Positions 45,856 through 55,558 are shown, counted from the first letter of the stretch. The stretch is DNA of 64,000 nt from an uncultured cyanobacterium (GCA_963697335.1 CAVONQ010000018.1:128001-192000), one strand, 5' to 3'. Notes: a model not told the origin generated them from the sequence alone. Numbers and translations are program-made.

Positions 45856-47196
45856 ATGATTCCCCTGCCCACGCTGCTGATGGAAATCGGCAGTCACCAG
45901 GCGGAAGTGGCTGAAACCCTGATCGGGGTGGGTCGCTTTCTCGTGATTTTTGTAGCGGCCCGAGCCATCGCTGAAGTGATGGTGCGGCTCCAGCTCCCCA
46001 CCATCCTCGGCGAACTGGTGGCCGGGGTGCTGATCGGCGCCAGCGGCCTGCATCTGGTGCTGCCCCCCGAGGCCCAGGCGGAACTGAGTGGCGTGGTGCT
46101 GAACCTGGTGGGCTCCCTCGCCGACGTCTCTCCCGAAACGGTGGATTCCATCTACCGGGAAACCTTCCCCAGCCTCCAGGCCGTGTCGCAGCTCGGCCTG
46201 TTCGCCCTGCTCTTCCTCACAGGCCTCGAGAGCGAGCTCGACGAGCTGGTGGCGGTGGGGCTGCAGGCCAGCACGGTGGCGTTCACCGGGGTGGTGCTGC
46301 CGTTTGCCCTCGGCACCGGTGGCCTCTATTACTTCTTCCATGTGCCCCTGATCCCGGCAGTGTTTGCCGGGGCGGCGATGACGGCCACCTCGATCGGCAT
46401 CACCGCCAGCGTGTTCGGTGAGCTGCAGTGGCTCAAGCGCAAGGAAGGTCAGATCGTGATCGGCGCCGCCGTGCTCGATGACATCCTCGGCATCGTCATC
46501 CTGGCGGTGGTGGTGGCCCTGGCCGGCGGTGGCGCCTTCACCGTGGGCCCATTGCTCAAGCTCTGCGCTGCGGCCGTGGTGTTCGTGGCGGCGGCGCTCT
46601 TCCTCAGCCGCACGGCCGCCCCGGGCTTCGACTGGGTGGTGGATCGGCTCAAGGCCCCCGGCGATGTGGCGGTGGCCAGCTTCGTGGTGCTCACCCTGTG
46701 CTGCTTCGCGGCCCAGGCGATCGGCCTCGAGGCGGCTCTGGGAGCCTTTGCCGCCGGCCTCATCCTCAGCGCCTCCAAGCACACCCATGACATCGACACG
46801 GCGGTGAAGCCCTTGGTGGCCCTCTTCGCCACGGTGTTCTTCGTGCTGATCGGCACCGGCATGGACCTCTCCGTGCTCAACCCCTTCGATCCGGCCAACC
46901 GCGAAGGGCTGATCGTGGCGATGTTCCTGCTGGTGGTGGCCGTGGCCGGCAAGGTGGCGGCGGGCTGGTGTTACACCAGCAAGGAGCCCACCAACCGCCT
47001 GGTGGTGGGTCTGGGCATGATGCCCCGCGGCGAGGTGGGTCTGATCTTCCTCGGGCTCGGCACCCAGGCCAACATCCTCACTCCGGCCCTGGAAGCCGCC
47101 ATCCTGTTAATGGTGATTGGCACCACCTTCCTGGCCCCGATCCTGCTGCGGGTGGTGATCAGCTCCCAGGCCGAACCGGCCACCCAGCCCGGCTGA
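45856..47196 (+). CDS. nhaS3: CPA2 cation:proton antiporter (NhaS3/NapA-like)
   Basis: LGELVAGV, GLES, ATSIGIT, AAVLDD, LGAFAAG, GMMPRGEVG. Confidence 0.85.
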   Translation: MIPLPTLLMEIGSHQAEVAETLIGVGRFLVIFVAARAIAEVMVRLQLPTILGELVAGVLIGASGLHLVLPPEAQAELSGVVLNLVGSLADVSPETVDSIYRETFPSLQAVSQLGLFALLFLTGLESELDELVAVGLQASTVAFTGVVLPFALGTGGLYYFFHVPLIPAVFAGAAMTATSIGITASVFGELQWLKRKEGQIVIGAAVLDDILGIVILAVVVALAGGGAFTVGPLLKLCAAAVVFVAAALFLSRTAAPGFDWVVDRLKAPGDVAVASFVVLTLCCFAAQAIGLEAALGAFAAGLILSASKHTHDIDTAVKPLVALFATVFFVLIGTGMDLSVLNPFDPANREGLIVAMFLLVVAVAGKVAAGWCYTSKEPTNRLVVGLGMMPRGEVGLIFLGLGTQANILTPALEAAILLMVIGTTFLAPILLRVVISSQAEPATQPG

Positions 47197-47201
47197 GGTC
47201 C

Positions 47202-48068
47202 ATGGGCTCCCCGTCGCCCTATGCGGGACGCAGGGTCTGCCTCACCACGCTCCACGGCAAGGAGCGGGCGCTGGCAAGGCCCTTTCTGCATGGGCTCGGG
47301 GCCAGCCTGGTGGTGGCGCCCTGCGACACCGACCAGCTCGGCACCTTCAGCGGTGAGGTGGAACGGCTGGGCGACGCCCGCGCCACCTGCCACCGCAAGG
47401 CCCTGCTCGGCCTGGAGGCCAGCGGCCTCAGCCTGGGCCTGGCCAGCGAGGCCAGCTTCGGCCCCCATCCGGTGCTGCCCCTGCTCTCGGTGGGCCAGGA
47501 GCTGTTGCTGTTTGTGGATCTGGAGCGGGGCCTCAGCGTGCTGGAGCAGCGCCTCGATCTGGCCACCACCCTGGCCCGCCGCAGCCTGGAGCCGGGGGAT
47601 CTGGACAGCGAGAGCGTTCAGGCCTGGCTGACCCAGGTGCGCTTTCCCAGCCATGCCCTGATGGCCCGCCCGGCCGATGGCCATCCCGGCCCCTGCATCA
47701 AGGCCATCCGCAGCCAAGCGGAGCTGGAGGGCGCCCTGGCCCGCTGCGCCGCGGCCAGCCCCGAGGGCCGGGTGTGGCTCGAAACTGACATGCGCGCCCA
47801 CTGCAACCCCACCCGGATGGCGAGTATCCGGCGGCTGGGCTTCAGGCTGGTGCGCCGCCTGGGGCGGCCTTGCCCCGCCTGCGGGGCCCCTGGCTGGGGG
47901 CTGCAGGACACGCTGCCCGGCCTGCCCTGCAGCTGCTGCGGCACGGCCACGGCCTTGACCGCCCAGGAGCGCTGGGGCTGTGCAGCCTGCCCCCACACCG
48001 AGTTGCAGCCCCGGCGCGACGGCCTCCAGCAGGCCGATCCAGGCCATTGCCCCTGGTGCAACCCCTGA
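47202..48068 (+). CDS. DUF6671-like protein with four C-terminal CxxC motifs
   Basis: T.HGKE, DTD.LGTFSGEVER, ASE.SFGPHP, FPSHAL, ETDMRAH.NPTRM, CPAC/CSCC/CAAC/CPWCNP; starts 5 nt after the antiporter stop. Confidence 0.8.
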   Translation: MGSPSPYAGRRVCLTTLHGKERALARPFLHGLGASLVVAPCDTDQLGTFSGEVERLGDARATCHRKALLGLEASGLSLGLASEASFGPHPVLPLLSVGQELLLFVDLERGLSVLEQRLDLATTLARRSLEPGDLDSESVQAWLTQVRFPSHALMARPADGHPGPCIKAIRSQAELEGALARCAAASPEGRVWLETDMRAHCNPTRMASIRRLGFRLVRRLGRPCPACGAPGWGLQDTLPGLPCSCCGTATALTAQERWGCAACPHTELQPRRDGLQQADPGHCPWCNP

Positions 48069-48435
48069 CGTCTCGGCCAGGGGAGACGGGCGGGGATCGT
48101 GAGTGGGGGAGGCACGGATCGCTGTGGTTGAAGCAACGGCCAATCACTGCCGATTACGCCGGCTTATGCATCCAATCGGGGATCCTGCGCGTGTCAGTGG
48201 GCACATTTCCTGACAGAGGTCTTAAGGTTTGCGGACCTCAATATGAACAACATTCTTTTTATGGTCACACCAGGTTTTTGATCCCCTCACTGTGGCTTGC
48301 CTGGGTTGATCAAGTCCCCTGGTTGGCCACGGCTGAGTCATCACAGTTCAGCTGCAAATCGTTGTATCGCCGAGGCGCAATGCACTGCAGCTCTATCTCT
48401 CCATCTTCGTCTCTCCGTCTCTCTCCTTTGCCATC

Positions 48436-49014
48436 ATGTCCATCTCCATGTCGAGCCGTTGTCTGCGCCTGAGCCTCCGGGCCGGCGAGACGCTTCCTGC
48501 CAATCTCTGCTGGCGCGTTGAAAAGGGCTATGTCTGGCTGGCCCGTTGGGTCCCTGGGGGAGACCCGCTCACCCTCGGGGTGTGGGGGCCTGGCGAAATG
48601 GTGATGCCCGCCCTGATCGGTCTGCCGTCGATCGAGCTGCGCTCCCTCTCCCCCGTGGTGGTGGTGGAAGAAGCCGATACCACCGTGCCGATGGAGCGGA
48701 GCTTTCTGGAGGATCAGCTACGGCAGGCGGCCCTGCTGTTGCTGCTCAGCCGGGTGCGTCCCGCCGAGGCGCGCCTGCTGCAACTGCTCGACTGGTTCGG
48801 CACCCGCTTTGGCACCATGACCATCAAGGGGGTGCGGCTCAGCTTCGGCGAACGACCCCTCACCCACCAGCAGCTCGCCGACATCGCCGGCATGACCAGG
48901 GTCACGGTGACCAAGGCCCTCACCCAGTTCCGCCAGTCCGGCGTGCTCTCCAGCGATGGCAACGGTGGGCTGTTGCTGCGCGTGCCTGCTTCCGAGCTCT
49001 GGGGCGAGGAGTGA
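48436..49014 (+). CDS. Crp/Fnr family transcriptional regulator (CysR/PtrA-like)
   Basis: LG.WGPGE sensor region; C-terminal HTH LTHQQLADIAGMTRVTVTKAL. Confidence 0.88.
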   Translation: MSISMSSRCLRLSLRAGETLPANLCWRVEKGYVWLARWVPGGDPLTLGVWGPGEMVMPALIGLPSIELRSLSPVVVVEEADTTVPMERSFLEDQLRQAALLLLLSRVRPAEARLLQLLDWFGTRFGTMTIKGVRLSFGERPLTHQQLADIAGMTRVTVTKALTQFRQSGVLSSDGNGGLLLRVPASELWGEE

Positions 49015-49029
49015 TCAGGCGCTGTTCCA

Positions 49030-51765
49030 TCAGGCGCTGAACCCCGCCGTGGGGTCGAGCCGCTCGCCGAGCCAGGCCACCGGCAGCATGGCCAGCATCG
49101 CCAGGCCGCACAGCAGCCATTGGCTGCCGCTCAGGGGCGCGGTGGCAAAGAAGCGGTTCATCCAGCTCCACTGGCTGAACAACAGCTGCAGCAGCAGCGC
49201 CAGGCTGATGCCGCCCACCAGCACCGGTACCCGCCGCCACTGGCGCCAGCCGCCGCGGCTCGCCTGGCTGAGGCTGATCAGATACACCACCTGGGCGAGC
49301 ACCAGGGCCTGAATCGCCATCGTGCGCGCCAGCTCCAGGCTGGCTCCAGCCTCCGACACCCGCAGAAACACCCCGAAGATCAGCAGCCAGTAAAAGGCGG
49401 ACACCAGCAGCACCCGGCGCACCAGGCGGCCGCTGAGCAGGGCTTCGCCGGGTGGCCGCGGCGGCTGGGCCATCAGGCCCGGTGGCTGGGGCTCGAAGGC
49501 CAGGGGCACCGACAGGCTGAGGGAGCACACCATGTTCAGCCACAGCACCTGCAGCGCTGTCACCGGCAGCTCCAGGCCGAGCACCGCTCCCAGCAGGATC
49601 GTCATTGAGGCGCCGCCGTTCACCGGCAGCACGAAGGCGAGCGCCTTGCGCAGGTTCAGGTACACGGCCCGGCCCTCTTCCACCGCCGCTTCGATCGTGG
49701 CGAAGTTGTCGTCGGTGAGCAGCATGTCGGCGGCTTCGCGGGCCACCTCAGTGCCGCCCTCGCCCATGGCGATGCCGATGTCGGCCTGCTTGAGGGCCGG
49801 CGCGTCGTTGACGCCATCGCCGGTCATCGCCACCACGGCGCCCCCGGCCTGGAGGGCCTGCACCAGGGCCAGCTTCTGGGCCGGGGCCACCCGGGCGAAC
49901 ACATCGGTCTCCCGCGCCAGCCGGCCCAGCTGCTCGGGGGGGCAGTCCTCCAGGGCGCGGCCCTCCACGGCCCTTACGGCGCCGCCGCGGCCCAGCCCCA
50001 GCTCCGTGGCCACCCAGCGGGCCGTGTCGCGGTGGTCGCCGGTGATCATCTTCACAGTGATGCCGGCCTGCTGGCAGGCCCGCACGGCGGCGCGGGCCTC
50101 CGGGCGCGGTGGATCCAGCATGCCTTGCAGACCCAGGAACATCAGGCCGCCGTCGCACTGCTGCGGGCGCAGCCCCCGTAGCTGGGCGCCGGCCTGCCCA
50201 GAGGCGAAGGCCAGCACCCTCTGCCCTTCGCCGGCCATGGCCCCCACGGCGGCAGCGATGGCGGCGCCATCGAGGGGCTGGGGCTGGCCCGTGGCCGAAA
50301 GCTGCCGGTCGCAGCGCGCCAGCACCGCCTCCACCGAGCCCTTCACCAGGATGCGCCCACCGCCATGCAGGGTGGCCATGAACTGGTGTTCCGAGGCGAA
50401 GGGAATCACATCGAGGCGGGGCTGGCGCTCCAGGAAGGTCCGACGATCCAGCCCGGCCACGGCGGCTGCCTGCAGCAGGGCTGTCTCGGTGGGGTCCCCC
50501 ACCAGCCCCTCGTGCTCACTGGCCCGGGCGTCGTTGCAGAGCATCCCGGCCAGCAGGGTGTCGCGCAGGGCCAGGTTGTGGCCGCTTCCCTCCAGCTGGT
50601 CGAGCGGCCAGAGCTCCCCGCCGGCGTGGATCTGCTGCACCGTCATGCGGTTCTGGGTGAGGGTGCCGGTCTTGTCTGAGCAGATCACCGTGGTGCTGCC
50701 CAGGGCCTCGACGGCCGGCAGCTTGCGGATGATGGCGTTGCGGCGGGCCATGCGGTTCACGCCGATCGCCAGGGTGATGGTGACGATCGCCGGCAGTTCC
50801 TCTGGAATGGCGCCCACGGCGAGGGCCACGGCGCCATCGAACATCTCCGCGGTGGCCCGGCCCCGGGCAAGGCCCACCAGAAAGGTGACTCCCGCCAGGG
50901 CCAGCACCAGCTGCAGCAGGGTGTGGGTGAAGCCTCGGAACTGGCGGGTGAGGGGGGTGCTGAGGCTGGTCTGGTCGGAGAGGGAGCGGGAGATGTGGCC
51001 CACCTCGGTGGCGTTGCCGGTGGCCACCACCAGGCCGCTGGCCCGGCCGGCCGTCACCAGGCTGCCGGCGTAGGCCATGCCGTGGCGCTCCGCCAGGGGC
51101 GCCCGCGGCTCCACCGGGGCCGTGGCCTTGCGCACCGGCATCGACTCACCCGTGAGCGCTGATTCATCCACCTGCAGCTGCTGCACCGTCAACAGCCGCA
51201 GGTCGGCGGGCACCTTGCTGCCGGCCTCCAGCTGCACCAGATCACCCGGCACCAGCTGTTCCGAGGCCAGGCGGGTGGGCTGGCCGCCGCGCACCACCTC
51301 GACGCTGGTGCGCACTGAGCGCGCCAGGGCCGCGATGGCCGTCTCGGCCCGGTTTTCCTGCACATCGCCGATCACGGCGTTGATCACGGTGACGCTCCAG
51401 ATCACCCAGGCCTCGCTCACCTCCCCCAGCAGCAGCTTCACGGCCCCCACCGCCAGCAGGGTGTAGAGCAGGGGATCGTGGAACTGGCCGAGGAAGCGCT
51501 GCCAGCCTGGCCTGCCCCGCCGCTGGCTCAGCTGGTTGGGTCCCCAGTTCTGCAGCCGCTGCTCCGCCTCCGGACCCCCCAGCCCCCGCACCGGGTCGCT
51601 GCCGAGGGCGTCGATCAGATCCGCCGCGGGGATGGCGTGGGCCTGTTCCAGCAGTGCGGGGGGCTGGCTTGCCGAAGGAGCAGTTGGCGGCACGGGCACG
51701 GCAATGGCAGCTTCACCAGTGAGTGCAGCTTGCCCGCTGGACCGGCAACATGGCAGCACGGCCAT
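49030..51765 (-). CDS. type II cation-transporting P-type ATPase
   Basis: LTGES, CSDKTGTLT, KGS.E, MITGD, FARV.P, TGDGVNDAPALK. The start may be about 60 nt downstream. Confidence 0.95.
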   Translation of the reverse strand: MAVLPCCRSSGQAALTGEAAIAVPVPPTAPSASQPPALLEQAHAIPAADLIDALGSDPVRGLGGPEAEQRLQNWGPNQLSQRRGRPGWQRFLGQFHDPLLYTLLAVGAVKLLLGEVSEAWVIWSVTVINAVIGDVQENRAETAIAALARSVRTSVEVVRGGQPTRLASEQLVPGDLVQLEAGSKVPADLRLLTVQQLQVDESALTGESMPVRKATAPVEPRAPLAERHGMAYAGSLVTAGRASGLVVATGNATEVGHISRSLSDQTSLSTPLTRQFRGFTHTLLQLVLALAGVTFLVGLARGRATAEMFDGAVALAVGAIPEELPAIVTITLAIGVNRMARRNAIIRKLPAVEALGSTTVICSDKTGTLTQNRMTVQQIHAGGELWPLDQLEGSGHNLALRDTLLAGMLCNDARASEHEGLVGDPTETALLQAAAVAGLDRRTFLERQPRLDVIPFASEHQFMATLHGGGRILVKGSVEAVLARCDRQLSATGQPQPLDGAAIAAAVGAMAGEGQRVLAFASGQAGAQLRGLRPQQCDGGLMFLGLQGMLDPPRPEARAAVRACQQAGITVKMITGDHRDTARWVATELGLGRGGAVRAVEGRALEDCPPEQLGRLARETDVFARVAPAQKLALVQALQAGGAVVAMTGDGVNDAPALKQADIGIAMGEGGTEVAREAADMLLTDDNFATIEAAVEEGRAVYLNLRKALAFVLPVNGGASMTILLGAVLGLELPVTALQVLWLNMVCSLSLSVPLAFEPQPPGLMAQPPRPPGEALLSGRLVRRVLLVSAFYWLLIFGVFLRVSEAGASLELARTMAIQALVLAQVVYLISLSQASRGGWRQWRRVPVLVGGISLALLLQLLFSQWSWMNRFFATAPLSGSQWLLCGLAMLAMLPVAWLGERLDPTAGFSA

Positions 51766-51782
51766 GTTGTCCCCTGTTCCCG

Positions 51783-52712
51783 ATGACCTCCTCCCTGGTG
51801 CTTCTGGGTGACAGCCTGGTGGATACGGGCAACACCACCGCCCTGGCCAGGCTGGTGCGCCAGGATCCCTTTGCGGCGGCTCTCTACAACGGCGGCGGCA
51901 ACCGCAAGGCCTCGGATGGCCCGGTGCTGGCCGAGCAGATTGCCCTGAGGCTCGGGGCCAGGCTGGGCTCCACCACCCGTGTCAACCTGCTCAGCCTGCC
52001 GCTGCAGCGCCTGGCCGGTGGCTTCGACAGCAGCACCCAGCTCTGGAACTTTGCCTATGCCGGCGCCAGCTCCGGCCTGGCGGGCTCCCGTCGGGCCGGA
52101 CTGGCCCGCTTCCCGCTCGGGCTCGTCTCCCAGGCCCTGGTGGTGGCCGCCAATGCACCCCGCCGCGCCGATGTCGATGCGCTGATCGTGGCGGGCAGCA
52201 ACGACCTGATCGATCTGGTCGACCGCCCCGGCAGGGTGTTGCGGGTCCTGCGCACGGCCGGCCGGCGCGATGACCGGAACCTCATCCGCCAGCAGGCCCG
52301 CCGGATCGTGGCCAACACCCGCCGGGCCGTGGACACGATCAGCGGCAACCCGAGCCGGGGCGGCTTCGCCATCGATGAGGCCGTGATCCTGGGGCTGTCC
52401 CCCCTCAGCCAGACTCCCGTCGTGAGAGAGGTGGCCGCCGGGTTGCAACCGGCTCTGGGCCGGGGCCTGCGGGGGTTCGTCGACCAGACGGCCCGCCTCG
52501 TGAACCGCCAGCTCAAGCGCCGCTACAACTCCCCTCGCCGCGACGATGGCGTGGAGGTGATCGATGGCTTCCAGGTGTGGAACAGCGTGGCCAGGCCACG
52601 GTTCCTGGACGACGTGCACCCCACGGCGGCCACGGCAGGCCGGCTGGCGGATGCCGTGGTGCAGCGGATTGCCGCTTCGGCGGACCTCAGCAGCTACGGC
52701 TTTTCGGCCTGA
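51783..52712 (+). CDS. SGNH/GDSL hydrolase
   Basis: LGDSLVDTGN, NFAYAGA, GSND, DDVHPT. Confidence 0.9.
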   Translation: MTSSLVLLGDSLVDTGNTTALARLVRQDPFAAALYNGGGNRKASDGPVLAEQIALRLGARLGSTTRVNLLSLPLQRLAGGFDSSTQLWNFAYAGASSGLAGSRRAGLARFPLGLVSQALVVAANAPRRADVDALIVAGSNDLIDLVDRPGRVLRVLRTAGRRDDRNLIRQQARRIVANTRRAVDTISGNPSRGGFAIDEAVILGLSPLSQTPVVREVAAGLQPALGRGLRGFVDQTARLVNRQLKRRYNSPRRDDGVEVIDGFQVWNSVARPRFLDDVHPTAATAGRLADAVVQRIAASADLSSYGFSA

Positions 52713-53944
52713 GGGCTCTGGGGTCTGGCGCCAGGGCGATGGACTACCCGCTGCGGGAAGGGGATTTCGATGCCGTGCTCCCGGAAGGCATGCCACACGG
52801 CTATGTTCACCTGGCTGCTGATCGAAAGGGCCCGGAGGGGGTCCTCGACCCAGAAGCGCAGGGCGTATTGAATCGCTGAGTCGCCATAGCTGAGCACCAG
52901 AGCTGCGGCGGGAGGCTCGGGCAGCACGCCGGCCACCCGGGCGGCGGTGGCCTCCAGCAGGGCGGACACCTCGGCGGGATCGTGGCGGTAGGCCGCCCCG
53001 ACCTGAACCTCGCCGCGCCGCATGCGATCACTGCCGGTGTAAGTCGTGGTGGTGGTGGTGAAGAAGGTCTGGTTGGGCACCACCAGTTCGGCGTTGTCGC
53101 GGTTACGCCACAGCACCGAGGCGCGCAGTCCCAGGCTGCGCACTTCGCAGGGGTCGCCCTCGATGAAGAGGATGTCGCCCGGCCGCACCGAACCCTCGAA
53201 CAGCAGCCACAGCCCGCTGATGAAGTTGGAGAACACCTCCTTGACGCCGAAGCCCAGACCCACCGAGAGCCCACCGGCCACGGTGAGGATCCCGGTGCGG
53301 TTCAGACCGATCTGATCCAGGGCCCAGAGGATGCCGAGAGCCACCACCGTGTAGCGGAGCACCAGGGCCAGAGCCCGTCTGCCGGAATCGCTGCTGCCGA
53401 TCAGCCGTTGCACCAGCCAGGCCCCCCCCGCGCTGGGAGGGCCTGATCCCACCAGCAGGAAGTACACCACCACCAGAGCCAGGAAGATCTGCCCCAGGGT
53501 CACCTCGCTGCCGAACCAGCTACCGAGGGGAATCAGGGCCAGGTTCTGGACGGAGCCGAACTCCTCGACCAGGATCAGCGCCGCCCCCAGCAGATAGAGC
53601 GGCCGCACCACGCCGCTGTCGAGGGTGCGCAACTGCCTGGGCGGGATGAAGCGCCTCAGGCGGTGGGGCAGCAGGGAGAGGGCAAACCAGCCGGCGCTCA
53701 GGGCCGTCAGCACCACCACCAGCTGGTGGGGCCGCCCCAGCAGAGCCAGGCCCACCACCCACAGCCCCAGCCCCCCCAGCAACGCCAGCCTGAAGGTGCT
53801 GCGGCGCTGGGGATGGGCTTGGCGCCAGCGGGTGCTCCTGCCATAGGCGACGACGGCCAGCAGCAGAGGGATCAGCTGGAACAGGACATCGGGGCGCTCC
53901 AGGTACCCCAGCCAGGCGGTGATCTGGCGCAGCAACTCGATCAT
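52694..53944 (-). CDS. MscS family mechanosensitive channel
   Basis: GLSVGLGFG...NFISG..LL.E..VRPGD, VPN, IEIPFPQR. Confidence 0.93.
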   Translation of the reverse strand: MIELLRQITAWLGYLERPDVLFQLIPLLLAVVAYGRSTRWRQAHPQRRSTFRLALLGGLGLWVVGLALLGRPHQLVVVLTALSAGWFALSLLPHRLRRFIPPRQLRTLDSGVVRPLYLLGAALILVEEFGSVQNLALIPLGSWFGSEVTLGQIFLALVVVYFLLVGSGPPSAGGAWLVQRLIGSSDSGRRALALVLRYTVVALGILWALDQIGLNRTGILTVAGGLSVGLGFGVKEVFSNFISGLWLLFEGSVRPGDILFIEGDPCEVRSLGLRASVLWRNRDNAELVVPNQTFFTTTTTTYTGSDRMRRGEVQVGAAYRHDPAEVSALLEATAARVAGVLPEPPAAALVLSYGDSAIQYALRFWVEDPLRALSISSQVNIAVWHAFREHGIEIPFPQRVVHRPGARPQSPQAEKP

Positions 53945-55260
53945 CTCGGCCTGCCTACTGGGTCGGGACGGAGCGCCTGGATCAGGGTCTCGGCGGCCTC
54001 GGAGGCATCGAGGCTGCCGTAGAGGAACTGGCTCAGGATTCTGTTCAGGCCTTTCTGCTTACCCCGCAAAGCAATCAGGCTATTGGTGAGCTCCTGGGCA
54101 GCCTCGGCCTGGTCCTGGGCTGCGAGCAGGGCGGCCAGGTTGGCCGAGCTGGCCACGGGCAAGGACACCTTGGCGCTGGCCGGAAGCTGGGCCTGGTTGC
54201 GGATGGTCAGCATTCGCTGGATGCGCGCGCTCAGCAGGAACGACAACATGGCCTCGGCGGCCTCACGTTGGCGCCCGCTGGAGTTCCGTCCCAGAGCGGC
54301 CACCCGCACCGAAGAGATCGGCGTGGGCGGTCCGGCCGGTCCCGCTGGCAGGGGGGCCAGCCCCAGGTGCTGGCCCAGATCGAGGCGCAGCGCATTCACG
54401 TCGTTGCTCTGGCAGGGGATCCAGTCGAGCTCACCGGAACGCAGACCGGCCAGCAGCTGGTTCCGGTCGTTCACCAGGGTGATTCGCTGCTGAAGATCGG
54501 CTGTGCGCAACCATCCCAGCCAGGTGCTGATCCGGGCGGTCTGCTCGGCGGAGAGGGGAGCGCCGGCCAGGGCCAGGTGGATGCTCTCGAGGGCGCCCAG
54601 GCTGCCCATCGTCCAGGCCCCATCGGCGGTGCTCAGGCTCAGGCCGAAGCGCTTGCCGCGACTGCTCTCGGCCAGCAGCTCCTGCAGCGTGGCGGGGGGG
54701 CTGGCGATGCGCCGCCGGTCGAAGCAGGCCAACTGGGGCTGCAGACTCACCGGCAGGGCGAACAACTGGCGCGGTGTGGCCTTGACGTAGGGGATCAGCT
54801 CCGGCCGCAGCTGGCTGCTGGTGGGGCTTGGGAAGGGCAGCGGGCGGATCAGGCCCTGGCTGTAGAGCCTCTCAGCGGTGCCTCCTTGCACCAGGATTAG
54901 GTCAGGGCCGAGGCCGGCGCGGGTGCGTCGCCGGATCTCCGCGACCACGTCGTCTTCCTCGAAGGCCATCTGCTCCAGGTGCACGCCTGGATGCAGCTTT
55001 TGAAAAGAGGCCTCCAGTTCATCCCCCAGCCTCCGGAACTCCCGCTGCAGCTTGGGATCCTGGAGCTCGGCCCGGTCCACGCCGAAGGCGACGTACAGGG
55101 TGGTGACCAGGGACGGTTCCGCCGCGGCGCTGGGCTGCTCGGGGCTGCTGCTGGTCCCGCAGGCGGCCAGCCCGGGCACCACCAGCAGCCCCGCCGCGCT
55201 TCTCAGCCAGCGGATCCAGCGGTGCCCAGGTCTGTGCCGGTGAGGGGGCGTTCGGTTCAC
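53941..55260 (-). CDS. extracellular solute-binding lipoprotein (sugar-binding family 1-like)
   Basis: LAAC lipobox, F...HPGV, GLGPDLI, ALPV, P.TL.EL, APLP.GP; ATGA-coupled to mscS. Confidence 0.8.
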   Translation of the reverse strand: MNRTPPHRHRPGHRWIRWLRSAAGLLVVPGLAACGTSSSPEQPSAAAEPSLVTTLYVAFGVDRAELQDPKLQREFRRLGDELEASFQKLHPGVHLEQMAFEEDDVVAEIRRRTRAGLGPDLILVQGGTAERLYSQGLIRPLPFPSPTSSQLRPELIPYVKATPRQLFALPVSLQPQLACFDRRRIASPPATLQELLAESSRGKRFGLSLSTADGAWTMGSLGALESIHLALAGAPLSAEQTARISTWLGWLRTADLQQRITLVNDRNQLLAGLRSGELDWIPCQSNDVNALRLDLGQHLGLAPLPAGPAGPPTPISSVRVAALGRNSSGRQREAAEAMLSFLLSARIQRMLTIRNQAQLPASAKVSLPVASSANLAALLAAQDQAEAAQELTNSLIALRGKQKGLNRILSQFLYGSLDASEAAETLIQALRPDPVGRPR

Positions 55261-55511
55261 TCCTCCGGGTAGAGCAGGCCATCGAGCTCCTCCGGATCCA
55301 CGTCATAGACGCGGGCCAGGGTGGTCTCGATGGCGCTGGTCACCACGTCGGGCAGGAAGCGCATCGCATTGATCGCATCGTCGGCGATGTCGTCGGTGAG
55401 CAGGGGGTCACCGCCCAGCTTCTCGTCGTTGATCACGGCCATCACCCAGCTTTGATAGGCGGTGACCAGATCGGCGAACTCGAGCTCCGGGTCGTTCAGA
55501 TCCAGGGCCAT
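55257..55511 (-). CDS. small acidic hypothetical protein
   Basis: MALDLNDPELEFADLV...LYPEE, 84 aa; GTGA overlap with the SBP gene. Confidence 0.75.
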   Translation of the reverse strand: MALDLNDPELEFADLVTAYQSWVMAVINDEKLGGDPLLTDDIADDAINAMRFLPDVVTSAIETTLARVYDVDPEELDGLLYPEE

Positions 55512-55558
55512 TGGGCGTCTCCAGGGACGTTGCCTCTGCAGTTTGCCCACTGGAGAGG

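Noticed and set aside
48215..48290. AT-rich stretch before the Crp gene as a possible Pho box
   Set aside because: Only one partial CTTAA half-site and no 11-nt periodic repeats.
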